64,000 nucleotides of DNA from an uncultured Gammaproteobacteria bacterium (GTDB lineage Bacteria; Patescibacteriota; Microgenomatia; Woykebacterales; RBG-16-39-9b), in NCBI GenBank assembly GCA_964367355.1, contig CAYIWY010000003.1:36919-100918 (forward strand), given 5' to 3'. The first letter of the stretch is position 1. Each line of letters begins with the position of its first letter. The position numbers and the translations under genes are program-made. The notes under the pieces are model-generated. The model ran no database searches and was not told the DNA's origin. It saw only the letters and a list, made by a program, of their open reading frames with translations. Positions 38,262-46,574 of this stretch are shown here, piece after piece.

Positions 38262-38340
38262 AAGTAAGAACCTTCTCACATTCGTTCGAAGAACCCTGCA
38301 TTCACAAAATGAAAATAGCTCATAGAAACAGAGGAGCCTT
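38262..38340 (+). promoter_or_regulatory. Conserved ~80-nt upstream element, copy A (AAGAACC ... AAGAACCCTGCATTC, start codon 50 nt downstream)
   Basis: Aligns position-for-position with 45344-45422 and 60939-61017, including fixed distance to the start codon. Confidence 0.5.
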
Positions 38341-39474
38341 GTGAAAATTGGAATCGACGCTCGATTTTTAGGACCAGACGGGACTGGAATTGGGCGCTAC
38401 GTTGAAAAATTGCTGGAAAATTTGGAAAAACTCGATACTCAAAACGAGTATTTTGTTTTCCTGCGAAAAAGTAACTTTCCGCTTTACAATCCAAAAAACA
38501 GAAACTTCACAAAAGTAACCGTTGACGCTCACTGGTACTCCTTAAAAGAGCAGGTGATAATGCCGGCTGTTTTGAATAAATTAAAACTTGATTTAGTCCA
38601 TTTTCCTCATTTCAATATCCCACTTCTTTACAGCGGCAAGTTTTTGGTCACTATCCACGATTTGACTAAGACAAAATTTGGTCGGGGAGCTGCCAGTTCT
38701 AAGAGCCTACCTGTTTATTGGACAAAAAATAATATTTATAAATTTACGATCAACCAAGCACTGAAGCGGGCAGAGAGAATCTTGGTTCCCAGTAATTTTG
38801 TTAAAAATGAAATTGCCAAGGAAAACAAAAATTTGGAAAGAAAGATTACAGTCACCTACGAAGCAGCTGATGATTTTGCCAATAATCATGTTGAGCCAAG
38901 CGAGGGTCGGGTTAAAGAAATTTACAATAAATTTGGGATAAGAGAGCCGTTTATTATTTATGTTGGTAATACCTATTCTTACAAAAATGTTCAGATTATT
39001 CTTGAAGCACTGCCAAAACTTGACCAAAATATAAAATTTGTTTGTGTTTCATCTAGGAATTCTCAATTGGAAGCGCTAATTCATAAAGCACAAAGTTTGG
39101 GGTTGAAAGATCGACTAATCACAACCGGATACCTTAGTGACCAGGATTTGGGAATACTTTTTTCTCAAGCAGTTTGTTTTGTGTTCCCATCCTTGTCCGA
39201 GGGTTTTGGCTTAACCGGGCTTGAAGCCATGGCTAGCGGTTGTCCGGTGATTGCTGCAAAAGTAAGTAGTTTACCGGAGGTTTACGGCGAAGCCGCCCTT
39301 TACTTTAATCCAAAATCTGACAAAGACTTAGCGGAAAACATAAACGAGCTTCTTAAGAATAAATTGTTAAGGTCTAAAATGGTCGAGAAAGGGCTAAAGA
39401 AGGTCAGAGAATATTACTGGCGAGATACTGCCAGGCAAACATTGTCTGTCTATAAAGAAATTTTAGGTCAGTAG
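38341..39474 (+). CDS. GT4 glycosyltransferase
   Basis: GTG start; FPSLSEGFGLTGLEAMASGCPVIAAKVSSLPEVYG. Confidence 0.85.
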   Translation: MKIGIDARFLGPDGTGIGRYVEKLLENLEKLDTQNEYFVFLRKSNFPLYNPKNRNFTKVTVDAHWYSLKEQVIMPAVLNKLKLDLVHFPHFNIPLLYSGKFLVTIHDLTKTKFGRGAASSKSLPVYWTKNNIYKFTINQALKRAERILVPSNFVKNEIAKENKNLERKITVTYEAADDFANNHVEPSEGRVKEIYNKFGIREPFIIYVGNTYSYKNVQIILEALPKLDQNIKFVCVSSRNSQLEALIHKAQSLGLKDRLITTGYLSDQDLGILFSQAVCFVFPSLSEGFGLTGLEAMASGCPVIAAKVSSLPEVYGEAALYFNPKSDKDLAENINELLKNKLLRSKMVEKGLKKVREYYWRDTARQTLSVYKEILGQ

Positions 39475-39484
39475 TTTAAAGTTT

Positions 39485-40390
39485 ATGAAGAAAAGTTCGA
39501 AAATAGGTTTCTTTATCAAAATACTTTTTGTTTTTCTGCTGGTAATTGCTGGTTTTTTAAGTCTGCTGAAAGAAACAGTTTTTGTAATCAGAAAAGCAGA
39601 AACTCCATCCGTTGAAAATGTTTTGGGTAAAAGTACACAGGTACAGCAACTTTATTCCGAGAGTTTAAAATCGGAAATTACTCCAGTGTCGATCCATTCG
39701 GCTACTGACTACGCGGCCCGTGTACCGGTTTTGATGTATCATTATATACGATCGGGAATTTCGGCTGCAGATACACTTGCCTATGGTTTATCAATCAGCC
39801 CCGAACAACTTGACCAACAGCTTTCTTTCATAGAGCAAAATGGGTATCAGACGATTAGTTTAAATGATTTATCAGATGCACTGGAGAACAAAACTCCTCT
39901 GCCGCCAAGATCAGTTATTTTGACCTTTGATGATGGGTACCGTGATTTTTATACAACAGCCTTCCCCTTGCTTAAAAAATACAATCTGCGCGCAGTGAGT
40001 TTTTATGTTGTCGGTTATTCCAATTATCCGGGGTATATGAACTGGGATATGGTCAGCGAGATTCACAAATCAGGATTAATCGATGTTGAAAGTCACACCT
40101 TGGGTCATTTGATGTTGACTCAGTTAACCCCAGAGCAAGCGAAAAATGAAATTTTTGAAAGCAAAAGAATTCTGGAGGAAAAATTAAACAAAAAAGTAAA
40201 TTTCTTTGCTTATCCTTACGGCGATTCAAATGAGGGGATTGTTAATCTAGTTGCACAAGCTGGCTATAAACTTGCTTTTGGCACCAGAGTTGGATCAGAT
40301 TTACACACGGGCGAAAAATTAACTTTAAAAAGAGTTCCGGTCAACGGCTTTGATAGTTTTGACGTTTTCAAAGCCAAACTGGATAATTGA
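39485..40390 (+). CDS. Polysaccharide deacetylase (NodB/CE4 family), membrane-anchored
   Basis: N-terminal TM helix; LTFDDGYRDFYTTAFPLLKKYNLRAVSFYVVG ... HTLGH. Confidence 0.8.
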   Translation: MKKSSKIGFFIKILFVFLLVIAGFLSLLKETVFVIRKAETPSVENVLGKSTQVQQLYSESLKSEITPVSIHSATDYAARVPVLMYHYIRSGISAADTLAYGLSISPEQLDQQLSFIEQNGYQTISLNDLSDALENKTPLPPRSVILTFDDGYRDFYTTAFPLLKKYNLRAVSFYVVGYSNYPGYMNWDMVSEIHKSGLIDVESHTLGHLMLTQLTPEQAKNEIFESKRILEEKLNKKVNFFAYPYGDSNEGIVNLVAQAGYKLAFGTRVGSDLHTGEKLTLKRVPVNGFDSFDVFKAKLDN

Positions 40391-40430
40391 CTCGGGTATC
40401 TAATAGATGATCCGACTATATTAGTAGACT

Positions 40431-40686
40431 TGGTTATGAGTGCCTATATCAAGCAGAATTATATAGTTTTCGGAAACTTTCAAATAAACAATACGAATAT
40501 CGCCAGCTATAGAAAAGGCTCTTAGATTGTTTTTAGTACCTTTTAATTGATGATTCTTAAGAATCGGGTCGTTTGAACTATCTTGAAAAAGTTGGATTCT
40601 TTGGGCTGTTTTTAGTACCAGTTTGGATTGTTTGAAATGCGCTTTTTGTAGGATTTATTGAAATCAGGGTGGAGTTCAATTTTCAT
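40431..40686 (-). pseudogene. Frameshifted YafQ/RelE-family toxin
   Basis: ATG overlaps the antitoxin stop (ATGA). Frame 1 gives MKIELHPDFNKSYKKRISNNPNWY*, then a shift gives ...QRIQLFQDSSNDPILKNHQLKGTKNNLRAFSIAGDIRIVYLKVSENYIILLDIGTHNQVY*, matching the YafQ C-terminus (KDHPLKG...RECHI.PDWLLIY...RTGTHSDLF). Confidence 0.6.
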
Positions 40687-40964
40687 TTTTCAAGATGCTT
40701 CATTAGTGAATTTACATCTGTAAAAGTTTTAGTCTTGACCTTACCTTTTTCGATATCATCAGTCATTTTATCGTAGCGCGTAATAGCCTGCGGCGAAAGT
40801 TGTACACTTTGCTCAAAAACGATCCCAATTCGTTTTTCAGCAAATCTGCTTAAAAAAACTCTTACGACTTCTTGTAGAGAAGAGAACCCCTGATCCTGAG
40901 CCTCTTGTTCTGCTTCATTCTTAAGTTCCAGATCTATTGGTACTTGTAATACAGTTCTTTGCAT
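40683..40964 (-). CDS. RelB/DinJ-family antitoxin
   Basis: RTVLQVPIDLELKNEAEQEAQDQGFSSLQEVVRVFLSRF: ribbon-helix-helix (RHH) RelB/DinJ pattern. Confidence 0.6.
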   Translation of the reverse strand: MQRTVLQVPIDLELKNEAEQEAQDQGFSSLQEVVRVFLSRFAEKRIGIVFEQSVQLSPQAITRYDKMTDDIEKGKVKTKTFTDVNSLMKHLEK

Positions 40965-41224
40965 TTGTGATAATTATAATATTTTGGTAAGGAGAATGCA
41001 AGTGTCAATTTAATAAAGTTAAAAGGTTAAAAAACTAGTCCGAACGTACTCTCACTTGGCCAGGGGTTTATTCAACCTTCCGATTGAGCGCGTTTGTATT
41101 TTAAGCCTCAGAGGCTGTCTGAAATTAGAAAACTACACGAATCTCAATCTTAAGTCTTAAACCTACCTTTGTTATCCACTGCGGCTGGTTTAGCTTCCAT
41201 TAGAACATAATTTTATGGTATAAT

Positions 41225-41425
41225 ATGAACATGTACAATTGGTCTACGGATACAAAAACTCTATCTAAATACCCCGATAAATATGCAGTCTGGAAACTAG
41301 AACAACTTATTAATTTGGGTCTTAATGGTCAGACACTAGATCCTAAAGAGCTTAAAAAATACTTTAATCAATTACAGATTGATCCGCAAAAAAAGAAATA
41401 TCTCATGTTTCTAATTTCTCAATGA
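41225..41425 (+). CDS. Small partner protein of AbiEii-like NTase (putative antitoxin)
   Basis: 66 aa, 4-nt overlap with downstream NTase; paralog of 23919-24188. Confidence 0.4.
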   Translation: MNMYNWSTDTKTLSKYPDKYAVWKLEQLINLGLNGQTLDPKELKKYFNQLQIDPQKKKYLMFLISQ

Positions 41426-42084
41426 AAAATGCAAGCATTCTAACAAAGACTCAAAAGCTTTTTTTAGAACTTTTTGGTAAACAACCTTTTTCCCAAAAAT
41501 TTTATCTTTCCGGAGGTACAGCTCTTACGACTTTTTATATCCCTTATAGATATTCTGAAGATCTAGATTTTTTTAGCGATCAAGAAATACAAATTGATGA
41601 AGTAATAGCATTTATTAGCTCCATAAAAAAGCCGCTTGGATTTACTGTCTTTGATTTTAATACTAGTTTTAATCGTAATCTCATTTTTTTACACCTCCCT
41701 AAGGATCAACTCAAGCTTGAGTTTACCTATTATCCTTTCACCCAGCTAAATACTCCGAAAGAAGAGTTTGGAATAAAAATAGATAGTATTGAAGATATAG
41801 CAATAAATAAACTTTTTACTATTTACCAAAATCCCAGAAGTAGAGATTTTACCGATTTATTTATGATTATTAAAAAGTACGGTTTTAGTATAGGAGATTT
41901 AGTTAAAAAAGCTAAGATTAAATTTGATTGGCATGTAGACCCTTTAAAACTTGGTTCTCAATTTATTTTAGTTGATGATTTAAAAGACTATCCAAGGATG
42001 ATTGAGCCGATAAAAGAAACAGATTGGCAAAATTTCTTTAAAGAAGAAGCAAAAAAACTCAAAAGAGATATTATGAAACCTTAA
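41422..42084 (+). CDS. AbiEii/AbiGii-like nucleotidyltransferase
   Basis: LSGGTALTTFYIPYRYSEDLDFF matches the DUF1814 signature. Confidence 0.5.
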   Translation: MKNASILTKTQKLFLELFGKQPFSQKFYLSGGTALTTFYIPYRYSEDLDFFSDQEIQIDEVIAFISSIKKPLGFTVFDFNTSFNRNLIFLHLPKDQLKLEFTYYPFTQLNTPKEEFGIKIDSIEDIAINKLFTIYQNPRSRDFTDLFMIIKKYGFSIGDLVKKAKIKFDWHVDPLKLGSQFILVDDLKDYPRMIEPIKETDWQNFFKEEAKKLKRDIMKP

Positions 42085-42086
42085 TT

Positions 42087-42857
42087 TTATCCCACTCTCC
42101 GCCAAATATCTAGTTTAATTCCCTGTTCTTCAATCTGATTGACAGTTGAAAGATAAAAAGCAAGATTTCTTGTTTCCGAGTCCCGTTGACTTTTAATAAA
42201 TTTTGCCAGAAATGTCCGAGTCAGATATGTTGGGCAAACCAATAGGATTGTAGGGAAGGGGTGTCTTGTAGACTGTTCCCATTTTCCTGAGGTGGCATAT
42301 TTGAATAAGTACTCGATGTGTTTTCTTAAGGCATAGCGCGGCACTTGTTCACTGATTATTTCGAGAAAATAGCGCTTTGTTACTTTTCCTTCAGTTAGTG
42401 CTATATACGCGTCTGGTAACGGCTTGTATAGGTATTTGTGAGGTTTCAAGTCAACTTTGGTGAAAAAGTGGAATTCGCTGCCCATCTCTTTGGTTTGAGA
42501 TCTCAGGTTTAGGTAAATATCGGCAATTAACATCGAATGGTCTCTAAAGAGCTGTGAGCGTCTTTTTTCCTCATAAATACGCTCAAGGAGAGAAGGGATT
42601 ACATTCTCATTTGCTTTTAAAATGTTTCTACTTTTTATATCAAGCCAATATACGGCTGGTTTGATATTTTCCCCAAACTTTCGGGAGTAGGTTCTGGCAA
42701 GTACTCTCTTTTTCGTCATATCAGCAAGCCACTTTTTAATTAGACCGGGATATTTATGATTTAACATTGTCTGAATTTGTTTTCGATCTAGGAAGCGGAA
42801 TCTGTAGAAGATATAGGGTATTTCGCTTTGTTTTGGTGTTAGAACTGGTTGTTCCAT
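42087..42857 (-). CDS. Replication-relaxation family protein (plasmid/mobile-element marker)
   Basis: N-terminal LTPKQSEIPYIFYRFRFLDRKQI (wHTH) and PDAYIAL...RYFLEI, resembling the Replic_Relax family core. Confidence 0.45.
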   Translation of the reverse strand: MEQPVLTPKQSEIPYIFYRFRFLDRKQIQTMLNHKYPGLIKKWLADMTKKRVLARTYSRKFGENIKPAVYWLDIKSRNILKANENVIPSLLERIYEEKRRSQLFRDHSMLIADIYLNLRSQTKEMGSEFHFFTKVDLKPHKYLYKPLPDAYIALTEGKVTKRYFLEIISEQVPRYALRKHIEYLFKYATSGKWEQSTRHPFPTILLVCPTYLTRTFLAKFIKSQRDSETRNLAFYLSTVNQIEEQGIKLDIWRRVG

Positions 42858-43108
42858 TTGTGATTTAAGAAGGTATGGGGCAAGAGGCAGAAGTAGTAAT
42901 TATTACCTTTAGTTTTGAGGATTATACCATTCCTCCCTTATGTATAAGGAAAAGAGACAGAGAAATACAAAATAATAGCTTCAAAATGGGCTAAAAACTA
43001 TGGCCGCGCGCGGCTATAAAATAAAGCAAAAAAACCTGCTAAACTAACAAGACTTTACGGATTTTAATATATTGACAGTATATACACCATAGATATAATG
43101 TATAAAAT

Positions 43109-43372
43109 ATGAAAAGATATCAGGTTTATCTTAACCCCAAAGCAGTGTCAGTACTTGATGAATTTGAGAAGCACGCTTCTGTTTCCAGATCAAAACTCAT
43201 CCGAGAGGCAATTGACAGATTAGCCTTGAATTTAGCTAAAACATTTACCGAAAAGGGAATTGCCCCTAAAGACAGGTTGATTTTAGATTCACTAATTGGG
43301 AAGATTAATACTGGTAGTCTAAAACAAACCAACTACGCCTTAAAAGATGACAGTTCGTACCTAAGAGATTGA
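43109..43372 (+). CDS. Ribbon-helix-helix antitoxin
   Basis: YQVYLNPKAVSVLDEFEKHASVSRSKLIREAIDRL. Confidence 0.6.
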   Translation: MKRYQVYLNPKAVSVLDEFEKHASVSRSKLIREAIDRLALNLAKTFTEKGIAPKDRLILDSLIGKINTGSLKQTNYALKDDSSYLRD

Positions 43373-43785
43373 TGAAAGTATTTTTTGACACTGGAGTTTT
43401 CATTGCCCTTTTTGTTTCCCAGGAGAAATATCACAAGCAAGTTGCTAAGGAGTATGACTATTATCGTCAGCAAAGAGCTCAATTTTACACCTCTTATTAC
43501 ATACTTGATGAACTATTTACCCGATTAGTATATGACTTCGGTTCTAAAGAAACCGAAAAAGTTATCAATCTGTTTGTAAAATCCCTGGAAAAAGAAGAAA
43601 TAAAAGTGCTAGATATCGATGAAGAAACTTTTAAAAAATCATTAACTATTTTGTTAAAATTTTCCGAGCACAAAGTTTCCCTAACTGATGCAACCACATA
43701 CACTCTTTTTAAGGACTTAGAACTCGACGAAGTGTTCACGTTGAACAGCGACTTTAAGAAAATAGGATTAAAAACCTCGTTTTAG
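43369..43785 (+). CDS. PIN-domain toxin (VapC-like)
   Basis: MMKVFFDTGVFIALF ... LTDATTYTLF. Confidence 0.7.
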   Translation: MMKVFFDTGVFIALFVSQEKYHKQVAKEYDYYRQQRAQFYTSYYILDELFTRLVYDFGSKETEKVINLFVKSLEKEEIKVLDIDEETFKKSLTILLKFSEHKVSLTDATTYTLFKDLELDEVFTLNSDFKKIGLKTSF

Positions 43786-43825
43786 GATCAACATTTGTAT
43801 TTTCTTTACATTCAAAAGATTTATT

Positions 43826-43891
43826 CTAAAGAGAATTCCGGTTAATGGTTTTGATAGTTTCGATGTCTTCAAAGCTAAACTCAATAATTAA
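43826..43891 (+). pseudogene. Diverged duplicate of the polysaccharide deacetylase 3' end
   Basis: Translates ...LKRIPVNGFDSFDVFKAKLNN* vs deacetylase C-terminus LKRVPVNGFDSFDVFKAKLDN* (40328-40390); ~80% nt identity. Confidence 0.75.
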
Positions 43892-43948
43892 TTTTCCTTT
43901 TATTTGCGCTTTTGAGGTATACTGTTTGTACTCTAAAGGAGGAGATCA

Positions 43949-44056
43949 ATGCCTGATTGGTTAGTCCTGTCAATGCTTTTCGTAGCCGTAGTTGGAATTC
44001 CAGTTGCTATCGAATTAACTTTGTTCTGGGATAAAAGGGTTCACAAGGAAACGTAG
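43949..44056 (+). CDS. Small hydrophobic peptide (35 aa, single TM)
   Basis: Strong SD AAGGAGGAG 7 nt upstream; MPDWLVLSMLFVAVVGIPVAIELTLFWDKRVHKET. Below the ORF-track cutoff. Confidence 0.45.
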   Translation: MPDWLVLSMLFVAVVGIPVAIELTLFWDKRVHKET

Positions 44057-44082
44057 TTGGCGAAAGCCAAAGGAGGATCTTT

Positions 44083-44193
44083 ATGTTACTGCTCAGCTCT
44101 GGTGATTTAGGTTTCACCATAGTCGGTGTTGCCACATCAGCAGTGATACTGTTCGCTACCGTGGCTCTTGTTGTCTTGACCAAACGCGGATAA
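44083..44193 (+). CDS. Small hydrophobic peptide (36 aa, single TM)
   Basis: SD AAAGGAGGA; MLLLSSGDLGFTIVGVATSAVILFATVALVVLTKRG. Confidence 0.45.
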   Translation: MLLLSSGDLGFTIVGVATSAVILFATVALVVLTKRG

Positions 44194-44362
44194 ATTAAGT
44201 AAACCTCTACAAAGGGAAAGAATGCACTCTTTTCCTTCTTTTTTACCCCGAACTATATCGTTAAGAAACTCATAATTGCCTGATTATAAAATGGATAGAA
44301 GAACACAATTTCTAAGTTTGTAAGTCAAGTTAATGGGATTTATAGAGAAAGATTGAGATCTG

Positions 44363-44629
44363 CTAAATGGTGTGGGGAAGTACCTTTTCAAAGACCCATG
44401 GCTGTTCTAAGTCACTAGTCTGCTTTGCCTTATAAACTGTTTTACCTTGTTGGACTAAACTCTTAACAATTTTATCATTCAATTTGTTGAGTCTAGTGTT
44501 TTTTTCAGAAAATGTAACAAAAGCAGCGTTTTCAGGTAAGTTTTTTGATTCTTTAGGGGTTTTACCTAAATAATTAGCAAGTTTTTCGGAAAGAGCTGAG
44601 TTGTATTTAGCCTGTTCTTTAATGCTCAT
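44363..44629 (-). CDS. Hypothetical protein
   Basis: ORF only; second gene of a two-gene minus-strand unit. Confidence 0.3.
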   Translation of the reverse strand: MSIKEQAKYNSALSEKLANYLGKTPKESKNLPENAAFVTFSEKNTRLNKLNDKIVKSLVQQGKTVYKAKQTSDLEQPWVFEKVLPHTI

Positions 44630-44656
44630 GGTCTTGTATATATACTAATACATTAG

Positions 44657-45097
44657 TCACTTGTCAACAACCATGCTTCTTTTTTCGAAAGCACGTCTCA
44701 TATACCAAAACTTCTTAATGATATCTCTTCTAGCCCAATCAAGCCAAGTCCAGACATCTCCTCGTTGTTTAACACCTTCTGTATCTATGATAGGAATCGC
44801 ATTCTTTATTGAGGTTCTTGTATGCCTGTGCAGTATTTTTATGTTATGTGTATTATCGTACATTTTTATCATTAACCAGTCACCACTGATTTCGATTTCG
44901 TATAAAACAGTAATTCTAACAAGGGTATTAACATCAAATTCTTTAACGATTCTTAACCTATCTTCGACTGTAAAATACATTTCCTCAGACTCCCTCCTAA
45001 GAATTGGAAGGTTCTTCCCAGATATTTTTTTAATATCTTTTGCCAACCCGATTTCCTTTAACAAAAGTTTATGAAATTTTCTTTTGCGTTTTTTCAT
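44657..45097 (-). CDS. Hypothetical protein (basic N-terminus)
   Basis: ORF only. Confidence 0.3.
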   Translation of the reverse strand: MKKRKRKFHKLLLKEIGLAKDIKKISGKNLPILRRESEEMYFTVEDRLRIVKEFDVNTLVRITVLYEIEISGDWLMIKMYDNTHNIKILHRHTRTSIKNAIPIIDTEGVKQRGDVWTWLDWARRDIIKKFWYMRRAFEKRSMVVDK

Positions 45098-45343
45098 AAA
45101 TAAAACCCAATAAGTACTGAGCAGTAAATTGATTATACATTAGATAAAAATTGTCAGAGATATATAATGTCGTACAATATTTGATAACAAAATGTTTTCG
45201 CTCAGCTCTTTTTAAGTCCTTTTACTCCTCTCATTTGGCTGTTAAGTGACTTTAGGCTATAATCTCGCCAGAGATTACATCAGGCGAGTTTGTATCAGCA
45301 AAGCCTGATATAATAACGCCTATGTCTAATTCAAGAGAACTGA

Positions 45344-45422
45344 AAATAAGAACTTTTTCGTCCGAACTCAAAAAACCTTGCATTCATAAATTAGAATTTA
45401 CTGATAGAAATGGATGTAATTT
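45344..45422 (+). promoter_or_regulatory. Conserved ~80-nt upstream element, copy B
   Basis: ATAAGAAC...AAAAACCTTGCATTC...50 nt...ATG; collinear with copies A and C. Confidence 0.5.
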
Positions 45423-46574
45423 ATGAAAGTGGCGCTCGTCCATGATTTCTTAAATCAATACGGAGGTGGAGAGCGAGTGATTGAACAATTGGCTGAGATC
45501 TGGCCGGAAGCAAATATTTACACCAGTTTGTATGATCGAGACTTGATGAAGAACTGGTTAAAAATTGATCCAAGTCGAATTAAGACCAACTTTATCAGCA
45601 AGCTTCCTTTTGCAAATTATCTTTCCAAACATTATTTTTTTCTTTATCCTCTAGCATTCCGAATGCAAAATCTAGGGGACGCGGACATAATTTTCAGTAC
45701 TTCTTCTTACGCGGCAAAATTTGCGCGTGGAAAAAAAGGCTCGATTCACATTTGTTATCTCCATACGGTTCCGAGGTTTCTTTGGGGTTACGATACCGAG
45801 CTCTCCGGATATTACCGCCGATCCTTTGATCGAGTTCTTGCGCCAATATATAAACTAGTCGTTCCGATAGCGAAATTCTTTTTGAAAAAAGCTGATTTTG
45901 CGGCTGCCCAAAAAATTGATTATTTTATTGTCAATTCGAACGAAGTTAAAAAGCGCTTAGTTAAACATTACAAACGGGACGGAATTGTAATCTATCCCCC
46001 GGTCGATACCAAAAGATTTACAGAAGAGTTAAGAGTTAAGAGTGTAGAGTTAGGAGTTAAAAAAGAGGACTATTATTTAATTGTTTCACGTCTAAGTGGT
46101 TATAAAAAAATTGATATTGCTGTTCACGCTTTTAACAAACTCGGAAAAAGATTAAAAATTGTTGGCGATGGTCCGCAGATGGCCTATTTAAAATCAATTG
46201 CGGCACCAAACGTAGAAATTTTGGGAAGAGTTGCTGACGAAAAGGTTACACAACTAGTAAAAAATTGCAAAGCATTTGTTTTCCCCGCACTTGAAGATTT
46301 TGGGATCGTAGTTGTCGAGGCCGAAGCAGCCGGAAAGAGCGTTATTGCTTATGGGCAAGGTGGGGCAACCGAGACCGTAGTCGAAGGAAAAACAGGTTTG
46401 TTCTTTCAAGAACAGACGCCAAAGTCTATAATAGAAGCAGTCAAAAAATTTGAGACCATGAAATTTGATCCGGAAGACTGTCGCAAGCAAGCGGAGAAAT
46501 TTTCAGAAAGTGTGTTTAAGAAAAATATGATTGAATTTGTAAATAAAGTTGTTAAAGAAAGGAAACTACAATGA
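45423..46574 (+). CDS. GT4 glycosyltransferase
   Basis: FPALEDFGIVVVEAEAAGKSVIAYGQGGATETV. Confidence 0.8.
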   Translation: MKVALVHDFLNQYGGGERVIEQLAEIWPEANIYTSLYDRDLMKNWLKIDPSRIKTNFISKLPFANYLSKHYFFLYPLAFRMQNLGDADIIFSTSSYAAKFARGKKGSIHICYLHTVPRFLWGYDTELSGYYRRSFDRVLAPIYKLVVPIAKFFLKKADFAAAQKIDYFIVNSNEVKKRLVKHYKRDGIVIYPPVDTKRFTEELRVKSVELGVKKEDYYLIVSRLSGYKKIDIAVHAFNKLGKRLKIVGDGPQMAYLKSIAAPNVEILGRVADEKVTQLVKNCKAFVFPALEDFGIVVVEAEAAGKSVIAYGQGGATETVVEGKTGLFFQEQTPKSIIEAVKKFETMKFDPEDCRKQAEKFSESVFKKNMIEFVNKVVKERKLQ

